Shown here: one piece after another, positions 37,995 through 46,428 of the stretch
Layout of the letters: each line of letters starts with the position of its first letter
Position numbering within the stretch: position 1 is the stretch's first letter
From: Acidimicrobiia bacterium
GTDB lineage: Bacteria > Actinomycetota > Acidimicrobiia > Spongiisociales > UBA11373
DNA: 52,485 bases
Assembly: GCA_035286665.1 (NCBI GenBank)
Contig: DATECY010000187.1
Location: forward strand, 1 to 52,485
Direction: 5' to 3'
Notes under the pieces: generated by a model
The model's database searches: none
What the model was told of the DNA's origin: nothing
The model's input: only the letters and a program-made list of their open reading frames with translations
Translations under genes and position numbers: made by a program

Positions 37995-38074
37995 AGTCAT
38001 GAGTTGTGAGTCATGGGTCATGAGTAAGACGGGCTGATTACTCAGAACTCAGAACTCAGAACTCAAGACTCAGA
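37995..38074. repeat. AT-rich pair of inverted heptad arrays (5 x AGTCATG-like, 14-nt spacer, 5 x ACTCAGA)
   Basis: Left array, 37995-38029: AGTCATG AGTTGTG AGTCATG GGTCATG AGTAAGA. Right array, 38040-38074: ACTCAGA ACTCAGA ACTCAGA ACTCAAG ACTCAGA. The arms 37995-38025 and 38040-38070 pair at 25 of 31 positions. Confidence 0.85.
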
Positions 38075-38147
38075 ATCTCCTGACCACCTAGCGCAGCCTG
38101 ACCGCGCACTCTCCGTGCTGATACACTCGTCGGCCGAGGAGGTTTCC

Positions 38148-38672
38148 GTGCGTGTCGCCGGCTATGTGCGGGAGTCCGCGGATCAGGCCGCCGGCCGATC
38201 GGCGTACGCCCAGCAAGAGGAGATTCGGCGCCATGCCACCGAGCATGGCGACCACCTCGTCGCGATCTGCCAGGACACCCGCGTCCCCGGCGAGCCGCTC
38301 GCCCGTGACGGGTATCTCGGGCTGCTCGGCGTCATCGGGTCCGAAGCGGTCGAGGCCGTGGTGCTCCCCGGCTTGGGGACCCTGTCCTCGGACCAGATCG
38401 TCCAGGAGATCATGCTGTGGGACCTCAGGTCCCGCGGCGTGCACGTCATCTCGACCGATCCGGACGATCTGGTCCTGCTCGACACCGAAGCCGGACCGGG
38501 ACCGACCCGCATGCTCATCCGCGACGTGCTCGAGCGCGTCGGCGAGCACGCCAAGGGCCTGGGTGCCCGTCGCATCGACCGTCCGACGATCCTCGCCGAC
38601 GGCGACGTGCTCGTGCACATCATCCACGCAGATCGTGCCGAGGAGCAACGCGCCCGCCAGCCGGCGCTCTGA
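38148..38672 (+). CDS. serine-recombinase (resolvase) catalytic-domain-like protein, truncated and probably catalytically degenerate
   Basis: ORF 38115..38672. Best start is GTG 38148, 5 nt after GAGGAGG. The N-terminus VRVAGYVRESADQ matches the resolvase G-Y-x-R-x-S-x-x-Q motif, and the overall beta-alpha layout is collinear with gamma-delta/Tn3 resolvase. However, LDRLGR is replaced by LGTLSS and there is no C-terminal HTH. Confidence 0.5.
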   Translation: MRVAGYVRESADQAAGRSAYAQQEEIRRHATEHGDHLVAICQDTRVPGEPLARDGYLGLLGVIGSEAVEAVVLPGLGTLSSDQIVQEIMLWDLRSRGVHVISTDPDDLVLLDTEAGPGPTRMLIRDVLERVGEHAKGLGARRIDRPTILADGDVLVHIIHADRAEEQRARQPAL

Positions 38673-38685
38673 GTGCTCCGTCCGT

Positions 38686-39414
38686 TCAGCCGCGAAGGGC
38701 GGTCCAGGTGGCCCGAGCGACCGCGTAGGCCTTGGCGGCCCGCACCACCGCGGCCCCGGCCAGACGGGCTTTGTCGGCTCGCTCGACGAGAACGGTGACG
38801 ACCTGGGTCCCGTCGATGGTCTCCGACGACACCCACAGCAGCCTCTGCGGCTTGCCCTCGGACAAGGCTCCCACGGCCGCGACCACCGCCTCGGAGAGTG
38901 CCTGGTCGCTGACGGCGGCGGCGCGCCGGCTGAATCGGCGTCCGTCTGCGGCGACGGCGGTGACCGTCACACCATCCGCCGATTCCTCGAACGCGAGCGA
39001 AGCGAGGACGGGTCGCTCCCCGCCCTCCGGCAGCGGGACGAATCTGGCGTCCGGATCGGGTATGGCCGGAGGCGGCGCCACTGCCGCCTCGGGCGCTGCC
39101 TGTGCGAGCGTCTCGGGCTCGGGAAGGGGAGGAGGGACAACCGGCCGCGGAGGAACCGGGGCGGGTTGCGGCGGAACACTCACCACCGGCGCAGGACTCG
39201 TGTCGTCGGAGGCGACTCGGGATCGCATGCCGTGAGATGCGAGGACCCGCTGCACCTCGAGCCCCACCCGCTGCGCGTCGGCGTCGGGAAGGAGTCGAAC
39301 GCGAACACCCGACGGGGTGTCACCGTCGTCATCCACGTCCGCGGAAGCGACCCCGGCCACGGACAACAACTCGTCTCGCAGACTCTCGGCGATCACGCCC
39401 GCAGCTCCCTTCAT
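38686..39414 (-). CDS. hypothetical protein with a central proline-rich linker
   Basis: 242 aa. N-terminal ~65-aa domain, a linker PAPVVSVPPQPAPVPPRPVVPPPLPEPE..., and a C-terminal ~120-aa domain. No family recognised. Convergent with the recombinase-like gene. Confidence 0.5.
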   Translation of the reverse strand: MKGAAGVIAESLRDELLSVAGVASADVDDDGDTPSGVRVRLLPDADAQRVGLEVQRVLASHGMRSRVASDDTSPAPVVSVPPQPAPVPPRPVVPPPLPEPETLAQAAPEAAVAPPPAIPDPDARFVPLPEGGERPVLASLAFEESADGVTVTAVAADGRRFSRRAAAVSDQALSEAVVAAVGALSEGKPQRLLWVSSETIDGTQVVTVLVERADKARLAGAAVVRAAKAYAVARATWTALRG

Positions 39415-39582
39415 CCCTCGAACCCGATGTCGAACTCCCAGTCACCCAGAGTAGTCACAGCTACCACAGATTGCATCTCCAGTTTATGCCTCGGAATCCC
39501 CGTGACCCGCATGGTTGACCCTCGGGTGCGAAGGTTTTGCGCACTGATAGGCTCGCATGGCTCGAACGAACGAGGAGGACCC

Positions 39583-40563
39583 GTGACGTCGCGACCGGTT
39601 GGCCAGGACGATCTCGCCTGGTTCGCGGGGCGGTTCCACGCCATCGCCGGAAACATGGAACGGGTCATCCAGGGCAAGCGCGAGGTGATCGACCTCGTGG
39701 TGATGGGCCTGCTGTCGGAAGGCCACGTCCTCATCGAGGACGTGCCCGGCGTCGGCAAGACCCTGCTCGCGAAATCGCTTGCTCGCAGCATCCACTGCGG
39801 GTTCCAACGCATCCAGTTCACACCCGACCTGCTCCCCTCCGACATCACCGGTGTGTCTGTCTGGGATCGTGAACGCGGCGCATTCGTGTTCCGCGCCGGC
39901 CCGGTGTTTGCCAACATCGTGCTTGGAGACGAGATCAACCGGGCCAGCCCGAAGACCCAGGCCGCGCTCCTCGAAGCGATGGAGGAAGGCCAGGTGACCG
40001 TCGACGGCACGACCCGCGAGCTCGGACGGCCCTTCATGGTGATCGCGACGCAGAACCCGATCGAACACGAGGGGACCTATCCCCTCCCCGAGGCGCAGCT
40101 CGACCGCTTCATGATGCGCCTCGTGATGGGCTATCCGTCTCGGTCCAAGGAACTGGAAATCCTCGAAACCCACGGCCAGCACTCCTCCTACTCAGAGCTG
40201 GAGGCGGTGGTGAGTGCCGAGGACGTGCAGCGGATGGTCATGGTGGCCAGGCGAATCTACGTGTCCGACGCCGTCAAGGAGTATCTGGTCGACACCGTGG
40301 AGGCGACGCGCCACGACCCCGATCTGCTGCTCGGCGCGTCGCCTCGCGCCACGCTGTTCCTGCAGCGGGCAGCCCGCACCCGGGCGGCGGTGGAAGGTCG
40401 GCACTACGTGACACCCGACGACGTCAAGTCGGCGCTGCGTCCGGTGCTCACCCACCGCATGATCCTCCGTCCCGAGGCACAGATGCGCGGCGCCAACCTC
40501 GCCGACATCGTCGACGGCATCGCCACCGGCGTCCCCGTGCCCAGGAGCGGGGTCAGGGCCTGA
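39583..40563 (+). CDS. MoxR-family AAA+ ATPase
   Basis: Part of the artefactual 803-aa ORF 38152..40563. GTG 39583 lies 4 nt after GAGGAGG. Walker A DVPGVGKT, Walker B NIVLGDEINR, and the MoxR block ATQNPIEHEGTYPLPEAQLDRF. Confidence 0.9.
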   Translation: MTSRPVGQDDLAWFAGRFHAIAGNMERVIQGKREVIDLVVMGLLSEGHVLIEDVPGVGKTLLAKSLARSIHCGFQRIQFTPDLLPSDITGVSVWDRERGAFVFRAGPVFANIVLGDEINRASPKTQAALLEAMEEGQVTVDGTTRELGRPFMVIATQNPIEHEGTYPLPEAQLDRFMMRLVMGYPSRSKELEILETHGQHSSYSELEAVVSAEDVQRMVMVARRIYVSDAVKEYLVDTVEATRHDPDLLLGASPRATLFLQRAARTRAAVEGRHYVTPDDVKSALRPVLTHRMILRPEAQMRGANLADIVDGIATGVPVPRSGVRA

Positions 40564-41744
40564 TGCCCACCGGGCGCGGATGGGCCGCGCTGGGGGTTGC
40601 CTCAGCCCTCTTCGCCCTCTGGGTCGGGTTCGGCGAACTCGAACTGATGACCACCGGGGTGTTCCTCGTCGCCGCGGTCGTGGTCGGGGTGCTCTTCGTC
40701 CACTTCGCCTCGCCGAACGTCGCGGTCGCTCGCCGGCTCTACCCGGCCCAGGTGCACGAGGGCGACGAGGTGTCGGTGGAGGTCGACATCGTCGCCGACC
40801 ACCGCCTTCGCAACGTGTTCGTCGAGGACACCGTCCACGGCCTCGGCACGGCCCGATTCGCCGCGGCCCGCACCGAAGCCGGGCAGCGCCTCATCGCCCG
40901 GTACGAGGTCATGTGCCGCTCGCGAGGGGTCTTCAGGGTGGGACCGGCCGAGTTGGCGATCACCGATCCGTTTGCGCTCGTCGAACGGCGCAGCCCCACG
41001 GGACAACCCGACCGCCTCACCGTCTACCCGAGGGTGGAGCGATTCACCGGCTTCCCTTCTGTGCGGGGGATCGATCCAGCCGTCCAGTCCGCCAGACCGA
41101 CCTTCGCCCCCTACGGCGGCGAAGACTTCTTCACCCTTCGTGAGTACCAGGTGGGCGACGATCTGCGGAGGGTGCATTGGCCGTCGTCGGCCAAGCGCGA
41201 TGCCCTCATGATCAAGCAGCTCGAGGTCCCGTGGCAGGCACGCGCCCTCGTGGTGCTCGATGCCAGAGCCGACCGCTATCCGACACCGGAGGCGTTCGAA
41301 CACGCCGTCAGGGGTGCCGCCTCTGCGGTGACACACCTGCATCGAGGCGGGTTCAGCCCTGAGTTGTGGTCGAGCGAGCGCTCCCCCGGGTCACGTTCGG
41401 ACAACCGGTATCAGCACGCCATGGAGATGCTGGCGTCGATCCAGCCGACACCAAATCTCGACCTCCGTCGCACCGTTGCCAGGCTGCGACGGCAGGGAGT
41501 GGGCGGCGGGGCGCTCATCCTGGTCACCGGTATCCCCGACGAGGGAGTGCTCGGGGCGTACCGGGTGCTTGCGAAGGACTTCACGAGGACGGTCGTGATG
41601 GTGGTCGCCGATCGTCCCGGCGAACCGATGGGAACCTTCCCGAGTGCCGGAGCCGTCACCGTGTATGCCGGGCCGTCGGGGGCGTGGGCGCCGGCGTGGC
41701 GCACGGCGATGGAGTTGTCATGGTCTACCGCATCAGCTGGATAG
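40563..41744 (+). CDS. DUF58 domain protein (MoxR-associated, VWA-like)
   Basis: ATG overlaps the moxR stop by 1 nt. Two N-terminal TM segments. DUF58 signature FFTLREYQVGDDLRRVHWPSSAKRDALMIKQLE. Confidence 0.85.
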   Translation: MPTGRGWAALGVASALFALWVGFGELELMTTGVFLVAAVVVGVLFVHFASPNVAVARRLYPAQVHEGDEVSVEVDIVADHRLRNVFVEDTVHGLGTARFAAARTEAGQRLIARYEVMCRSRGVFRVGPAELAITDPFALVERRSPTGQPDRLTVYPRVERFTGFPSVRGIDPAVQSARPTFAPYGGEDFFTLREYQVGDDLRRVHWPSSAKRDALMIKQLEVPWQARALVVLDARADRYPTPEAFEHAVRGAASAVTHLHRGGFSPELWSSERSPGSRSDNRYQHAMEMLASIQPTPNLDLRRTVARLRRQGVGGGALILVTGIPDEGVLGAYRVLAKDFTRTVVMVVADRPGEPMGTFPSAGAVTVYAGPSGAWAPAWRTAMELSWSTASAG

Positions 41745-44077
41745 CCGGTATCGCCGGCATCGTCTTCGCCCTCGCCAGGGCCGAGCGTCTGCTCCGCTCG
41801 TCCATCGACGGCGTGCCCTGGGAAGTGATCCTGGTCGCCGCGGTGAGCCTGGGCGTCACGCTGACCTGGGTCGGACTGGTCTACAGGCTCTCGCCGAGGA
41901 CGATCGCGGTCATGAACGCGGCGGCAATGACCCTCACCGCGATCCGGGTCGCGGTCCCCCAGACCACCTGGCTCATCTTCCCCACACAGAGCACCTTCCC
42001 GGCGCTGGCCACAGAGATGTCTTTTGCGCGCGATGTCATCCGCAGCGGCGTCGCCCCCGTCATCCCCCTTGCCGGGATCATCGCGATCCTCGCCGCGGTC
42101 TTCTGGGGAATGGGCGCCGTCCTCGCCTGGGGACTGCTCACCGCCCGTCCCTACGTGGCCGTTCTCACCCCGCTCGTCGTATATCTGGAGTTCGCCGTCA
42201 TGGACCGCCGACCCAGCGGGATGTGGACGACTGCGTTCATGCTGGTGCTCGGCTTCGCCCTCCTCACCGTCGCCTTCGACAGGAGGCGGGATGGAACCGG
42301 GTTACTCACCTCAGGCGCGACCAAGATGGCGCTCGTCCGCTCGCTCCCCTCGCTCGGGGTGGTCACCCTCCTCGTCACCATGCTCCTGGCAGTCTCCACC
42401 AGCGGAGCGATGGCGACGCTCATCCCTCACAACGGGTACCTCGACTGGCGATCCTCGTCCAGCCTCGGCGGCGAATACTACGGCAGCGTCTCCTACAACC
42501 CCTTCGTGGGCATCCGCCAGAACCTCCTCTCCCAGACGAACGTGCCGGTGTTCGTCGCCACGGTTGCCGGCGACATCCCCGGCGATCGGCTCTACTGGCG
42601 CCTCGTCACCCTCGACTCCTACGACGGTGGCCAGTGGTTCGTCGGGAACGACCCCAAGGTGGTGGCTCCCGAGGACACCGACGGCTTCGAACGATCCGAT
42701 GCCGCCTTCGCCGGTCCGATCGCCGGGGTGACGGCGCAGGTCACCGTGCTCGCCTTGCAGATGGATTGGCTGCCCGCCCCCTACTCTCCGACCGCGCTGA
42801 CCGCCGACAACAGTGCGGTCGAGCACGGGTTTCGGGTCAAGGTCGACGACGGATCGCTCCGCTTCGACGCTCTCACCTATCGGGGGATGACCTACACCGT
42901 GGCGGCCGACATACCGATCCCCGACCTCGAGGTGCTCAGTCGCCTCGACGACGGGGCCCCTTCGGTGGTGTTCAAGGGAGCGATCGCCGGCGGTGACTTC
43001 GCGTTCCCCGACGCCCCCGCGCCCACGATCACCCAGAGGGAAGTCCCCGACGAGGAGGTCTACCTCGCACTGCCCGAAGACCTCGACACCGGCATCGCCT
43101 CGCTCGCCCGGGCCCAGACCCGCGGCCTGCAGACCGACTTCGAGCGGGCGCTCGCCCTGGAGACCTTCTTCCGCACGCCGGGGAACTTCCGGTACTCGAC
43201 GTCGATCGTCCCCGGGCACGGAGCCACCGACCTGGCGGCCTGGCTGCTCGACCCGGAGAGCGACAACTACCGCACCGGGTACTGCGAGCAGTTCGCCACG
43301 TCGATGGCGGTGATGGCAAGGACCATCGGCATCCCGAGCCGGGTGGTTCTCGGGTTCGGCCCCGGCACCCAGATCGACGATGGCCGGATCGTCGTCAGGG
43401 ATCGCAACGCCCACGCCTGGGTCGAGCTGTGGCTCCCCACGCAGGGATGGGTCCGCTTCGATCCGACCCCGCGCGGCGACAACCCGTCGACCTCCGACGA
43501 GATCCCGTTCGGACTCGCCGCCTACCTCGCCGTTCCTCCGGTGGACACCCCGGCGTTTCAGGGCGACCTGCCCGACCCGGCCATCGCCGACGACCCGGTG
43601 ATCGACGTCCCCGACCCGGCCCCCGAAGGGTCCGGCACTTCGATCCCCGTACCGAACCTGCCCGGGTGGGTCTTGATCGCCACCCTCGCCGTCGCCGTCG
43701 CCTTCGGGCTGCTCCCCGGTGTCAAGTGGGTCAGGCGTCGCCGCCGCATCCGGCGCCTCGAACAGGGCGACGTCTCGGCGGCCTGGGCCGAGATCGTCGA
43801 CCGCCTCGCCGATCTCGGCGACGGGCCGCCACCGACGGTCACCCCCGCCGAAATCGCCCTGGCCACGGACCCGGTGATGCGGCCCCTGGCGGAGATCTAC
43901 GGCGAGTTCGTGTACGGAAAGGGCACGCCGCTGGCGAGCCAGCGCGTCGCCGCCGCCCTCCGGTCGCTCGAGGACACCGAAGACCGCCTCGAGAGCAGGT
44001 ACTCCCTCCGACGGCGGGTCCTCTCCCGTTACCGGCTGCGCTCGGTCGTTCCCCGGTTGCGCCACCGACCCCGCTGA
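41720..44077 (+). CDS. transglutaminase-domain membrane protein (TgpA-like, with DUF4129-like C-terminus)
   Basis: ORF 41366..44077, trimmed to ATG 41720 (MVYRISWIAGIAG...). About six N-terminal TM helices. Transglutaminase core with the catalytic Cys in RTGYCEQFATSMAVMAR, then HAWVE and FDPTP. One late TM segment and a cytoplasmic tail. Confidence 0.85.
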   Translation: MVYRISWIAGIAGIVFALARAERLLRSSIDGVPWEVILVAAVSLGVTLTWVGLVYRLSPRTIAVMNAAAMTLTAIRVAVPQTTWLIFPTQSTFPALATEMSFARDVIRSGVAPVIPLAGIIAILAAVFWGMGAVLAWGLLTARPYVAVLTPLVVYLEFAVMDRRPSGMWTTAFMLVLGFALLTVAFDRRRDGTGLLTSGATKMALVRSLPSLGVVTLLVTMLLAVSTSGAMATLIPHNGYLDWRSSSSLGGEYYGSVSYNPFVGIRQNLLSQTNVPVFVATVAGDIPGDRLYWRLVTLDSYDGGQWFVGNDPKVVAPEDTDGFERSDAAFAGPIAGVTAQVTVLALQMDWLPAPYSPTALTADNSAVEHGFRVKVDDGSLRFDALTYRGMTYTVAADIPIPDLEVLSRLDDGAPSVVFKGAIAGGDFAFPDAPAPTITQREVPDEEVYLALPEDLDTGIASLARAQTRGLQTDFERALALETFFRTPGNFRYSTSIVPGHGATDLAAWLLDPESDNYRTGYCEQFATSMAVMARTIGIPSRVVLGFGPGTQIDDGRIVVRDRNAHAWVELWLPTQGWVRFDPTPRGDNPSTSDEIPFGLAAYLAVPPVDTPAFQGDLPDPAIADDPVIDVPDPAPEGSGTSIPVPNLPGWVLIATLAVAVAFGLLPGVKWVRRRRRIRRLEQGDVSAAWAEIVDRLADLGDGPPPTVTPAEIALATDPVMRPLAEIYGEFVYGKGTPLASQRVAAALRSLEDTEDRLESRYSLRRRVLSRYRLRSVVPRLRHRPR

Positions 44078-44202
44078 GGGCTTGCGCCCATGGGCTCGCG
44101 CCGGCCCAGAGTCGAGAGAACCTCCCCACCGGACGGACCGATGCCGCGCGTGGTGCGCGACCAGGCCGATCGCGCCGAGGTTCCTCTCCGATACCGCCGA
44201 CG

Positions 44203-44694
44203 CTACGCGCCGCCGGCCTCGGCTTGCACGTCGTCTTCGACCCGGCGCAGCATGTCGAGGAACTGCTCGCGGTCCAGCTCGAAGCGGGAGACGTCCTCTT
44301 CGACCTCACGGGCGATCTGGTCGATGGCGACGAAGAACGCCAACTGACCCTCGCGCAAGGCATCGATCAGCTCGCCCTCGTCGGAGGCGATCCGGAAGAT
44401 CGTCTGACCGTCGGTGACCAACTTCACTTCGGCGAGGTGACGGTCCATGTCGGCGGTGCGCCTGAGGTAGTCCCATGCCCGGCGCACCCTCTGCACGGAC
44501 ATGCCGTTGTCGAGCAGACTCCTGACCACCCGAAGGGCGATGAGGTCGCGGAAGCCGTACATACGGCGTTTCCCGGGTCTGCCCCCGGTCCCCTGAATCG
44601 AGGGCTCGACCAGCCCAACGCGGTCCCAGTAGCGAAGCTGATGGGGCGTGCACGCGGTGAGGCGGCAAGCCTGCTGTGACGTGAAGCCTTCCAA
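44203..44694 (-). CDS. MerR-family transcriptional regulator
   Basis: N-terminal HTH FTSQQACRLTACTPHQLRYWDRVGLVEP...RMYGFRDLIALRVVRSL. TTG start. Confidence 0.8.
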   Translation of the reverse strand: MEGFTSQQACRLTACTPHQLRYWDRVGLVEPSIQGTGGRPGKRRMYGFRDLIALRVVRSLLDNGMSVQRVRRAWDYLRRTADMDRHLAEVKLVTDGQTIFRIASDEGELIDALREGQLAFFVAIDQIAREVEEDVSRFELDREQFLDMLRRVEDDVQAEAGGA

Positions 44695-44769
44695 ACCTTC
44701 CTCTCTCCCTCCAGGTCACCCGGCCGAATGTGATGCCGTGCGACTCAGTCTCCCCCGAGGTCGGCGACT

Positions 44770-45102
44770 CTAGCGATCGCGCCAGCGCCGACGCATCCGA
44801 TCGACCACAGATCCCGGCGCCGCAGCGCCGACGCCCGACCGTCGCCTGAGGATGGCGACCATCCATGCCAGCGACATCACCATCGCCGCGAAGCCCAGCA
44901 GCGCGACGAGGGTCATCCTGGTGAAGAACCCGAGCATGATGGCAACACCTACGACGAACCCGAGCGACGCCCATTTCGCGTTGTGACCTGCCATCGACGC
45001 CAGCGTTGCGTCGCGGACGGTCTCGGCGAGCTTCGGATCCTCTTGATAGAACTGCCGCTCGATCTCCTCGAGGATCCGCTGTTCTCTGTCGTCGAGTGGC
45101 AT
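44770..45102 (-). CDS. DUF3040-family membrane protein
   Basis: ORF 44770..45159, trimmed to ATG 45102 (MPLDDREQRILEEIERQFYQEDPKLA...) with GGAG 7 nt upstream. Two C-terminal TM segments. Confidence 0.75.
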   Translation of the reverse strand: MPLDDREQRILEEIERQFYQEDPKLAETVRDATLASMAGHNAKWASLGFVVGVAIMLGFFTRMTLVALLGFAAMVMSLAWMVAILRRRSGVGAAAPGSVVDRMRRRWRDR

Positions 45103-45148
45103 GAGGTTCTCCGTCAGCGGTCGGCCATCCGAGTATACCGAGCGCGGC

Positions 45149-46336
45149 TCAGTCGTCACGAGGGTGATCGGGCGCCGGATCGACGAGCCGAGCTCGGGCG
45201 ACAGCGTTCCGGCCGAAGCGGCCTCTCACCTCCTCGACCACCTCCTCGAGGTCGTCCCACGACCGGGGGGCAAGATCCAACTGCCGCGGGTCGACGGCGG
45301 CCACCAACCCGTCGGCACCGATGCCGAGGAGCCGCACCGGCCGGGCCCCCGCGGCGGTCCGATCGAGGAGAGCCACCGCGGCCCGATAGATGTCGCGCCC
45401 CGTCGACACCGGCGCGGTGAAGGTGCGGCTCCTGGTCACGGTCGTGAAGTCGTCGTAGCGAACCTTGAGCTGCACCCGCTCGGCCACGAATCCATTGCTG
45501 CGCAGGCGCGAGGCGAGACGATCGGCGTGGGCCAGCAACTCCCTGTGGAGTTGGTTCGTATCGGTGATGTCGACGTCGTAGGTCTGCTCCACCGAGACCG
45601 AGCGCGTCTCGCCCTGCCGGGTCACCTCGCGCTGGTCCCGTCCCGAGGCGAGGTCCCAGAGGTGACCGCCGAGCGCTCCACCCAGGCGTTTGACCAGGCC
45701 GGCCCGGGGAAAGTCGGCGAGGTCGCCCACGGTGCGCACCCCAAGTTCTTCGAGGCGCGCATACGTGGCCTCACCGACCCCCCAGAGGCTCCGCACCGCC
45801 TTGGGATGGAGATAGGCGCGTTCCGTCCCCGCCGCCACGAGGAACATCCCATCTGGTTTGGCGTCCCGCGACGCCATCTTCGCCAGGAGCTTCGTGGTCG
45901 CAAGCCCGATGGAGGCGGGGAGGCCGACCTCCTCCCGCAACGCCGCCCTGATCCTGGCCCCCACCTCGAGCGGACTGGGATGGAGCAGCCGGAGCCCGCC
46001 GATGTCGATGAACGCCTCGTCGACGGACACGACCTCGACGCGAGGCGTGAAACCCTCTATCACCTCGAAGACCTGCCGGGACACCGTCGTATAGGCAGCA
46101 TGATCGGGAGGCACGACGACGGCGTGCGGGCAGAGGCGGCGCGCCTGGCCGATCGGCATCCCTGAGGTGACCCCTCGGCTCCTCGCCTCGTACGAGGCGG
46201 ATGCCACCACCCCGCGCCGCCCCGCCCCGCCGACCACCACTGCCTTGCCGCGCAACTCCGGCCGCCTCAGCCGCTCGACCTCGACGAAGAACGCGTCCAT
46301 GTCGACGTGAGCAATCCGCTCGGCAAAGGGCTCCAC
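45149..46336 (-). CDS. dinB: DNA polymerase IV (Y-family)
   Basis: Contains IAHVDMDAFFVEVE, SASYEARSRGV and SVDEAFIDI, plus a little-finger domain. 395 aa. Confidence 0.92.
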   Translation of the reverse strand: MEPFAERIAHVDMDAFFVEVERLRRPELRGKAVVVGGAGRRGVVASASYEARSRGVTSGMPIGQARRLCPHAVVVPPDHAAYTTVSRQVFEVIEGFTPRVEVVSVDEAFIDIGGLRLLHPSPLEVGARIRAALREEVGLPASIGLATTKLLAKMASRDAKPDGMFLVAAGTERAYLHPKAVRSLWGVGEATYARLEELGVRTVGDLADFPRAGLVKRLGGALGGHLWDLASGRDQREVTRQGETRSVSVEQTYDVDITDTNQLHRELLAHADRLASRLRSNGFVAERVQLKVRYDDFTTVTRSRTFTAPVSTGRDIYRAAVALLDRTAAGARPVRLLGIGADGLVAAVDPRQLDLAPRSWDDLEEVVEEVRGRFGRNAVARARLVDPAPDHPRDD

Positions 46337-46428
46337 GCCGCCACGCTACCGGGCGGGTGCGCCAATCGGCTCGCCCCGGCTCGGGTCGGGACCCGCGACC
46401 TGCCGGCACCCTCGTACACTCATCCGCC

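Noticed and set aside
37999-38037. 12-codon mini-ORF MSCESWVMSKTG lying inside the left heptad array; a possible leader peptide.
   Set aside because: The GGGAAG upstream is only 2 nt from the ATG and there are no repeated regulatory codons. The 7-nt periodicity of the underlying DNA is incompatible with selection for coding.
38152-39582. The 5' 1.4 kb of the 803-aa ORF 38152..40563, which would fuse to the MoxR ATPase.
   Set aside because: This part is out of frame across the recombinase-like gene, antisense to the 38686-39414 gene, and compositionally junk (Arg/Ser/Pro-rich). MoxR homology begins only after GTG 39583, which has a perfect SD.
39557-39586. 9-codon uORF (MARTNEEDP) whose TGA overlaps the moxR GTG start (GTGA).
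   Set aside because: There is no convincing SD for the uORF itself. Its sequence is essentially the moxR SD region read in another frame, so it is likely coincidental. The in-frame ATG 39511 was also considered as a moxR start and rejected for lack of an SD.
44078-44202. Possible terminator hairpins between the convergent TgpA-like and MerR genes (GCCCATGGGC palindrome; CGCGC-GTGGT-GCGCG).
   Set aside because: The stems are only 3-5 bp and there is no U-tract, so they are not distinguishable from background in GC-rich DNA. The same applies to the 17-nt ileS/yggT gap and the 24-nt pfkA/rluD gap.
46337-46428. Looked for an actinobacterial LexA/SOS box (TCGAAC-N4-GTTCGA type), or a RecA-independent damage promoter, upstream of dinB.
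   Set aside because: No GAAC/GTTC half-sites or similar palindromes occur in the 92-nt divergent region. The same holds for the dnaE upstream region.
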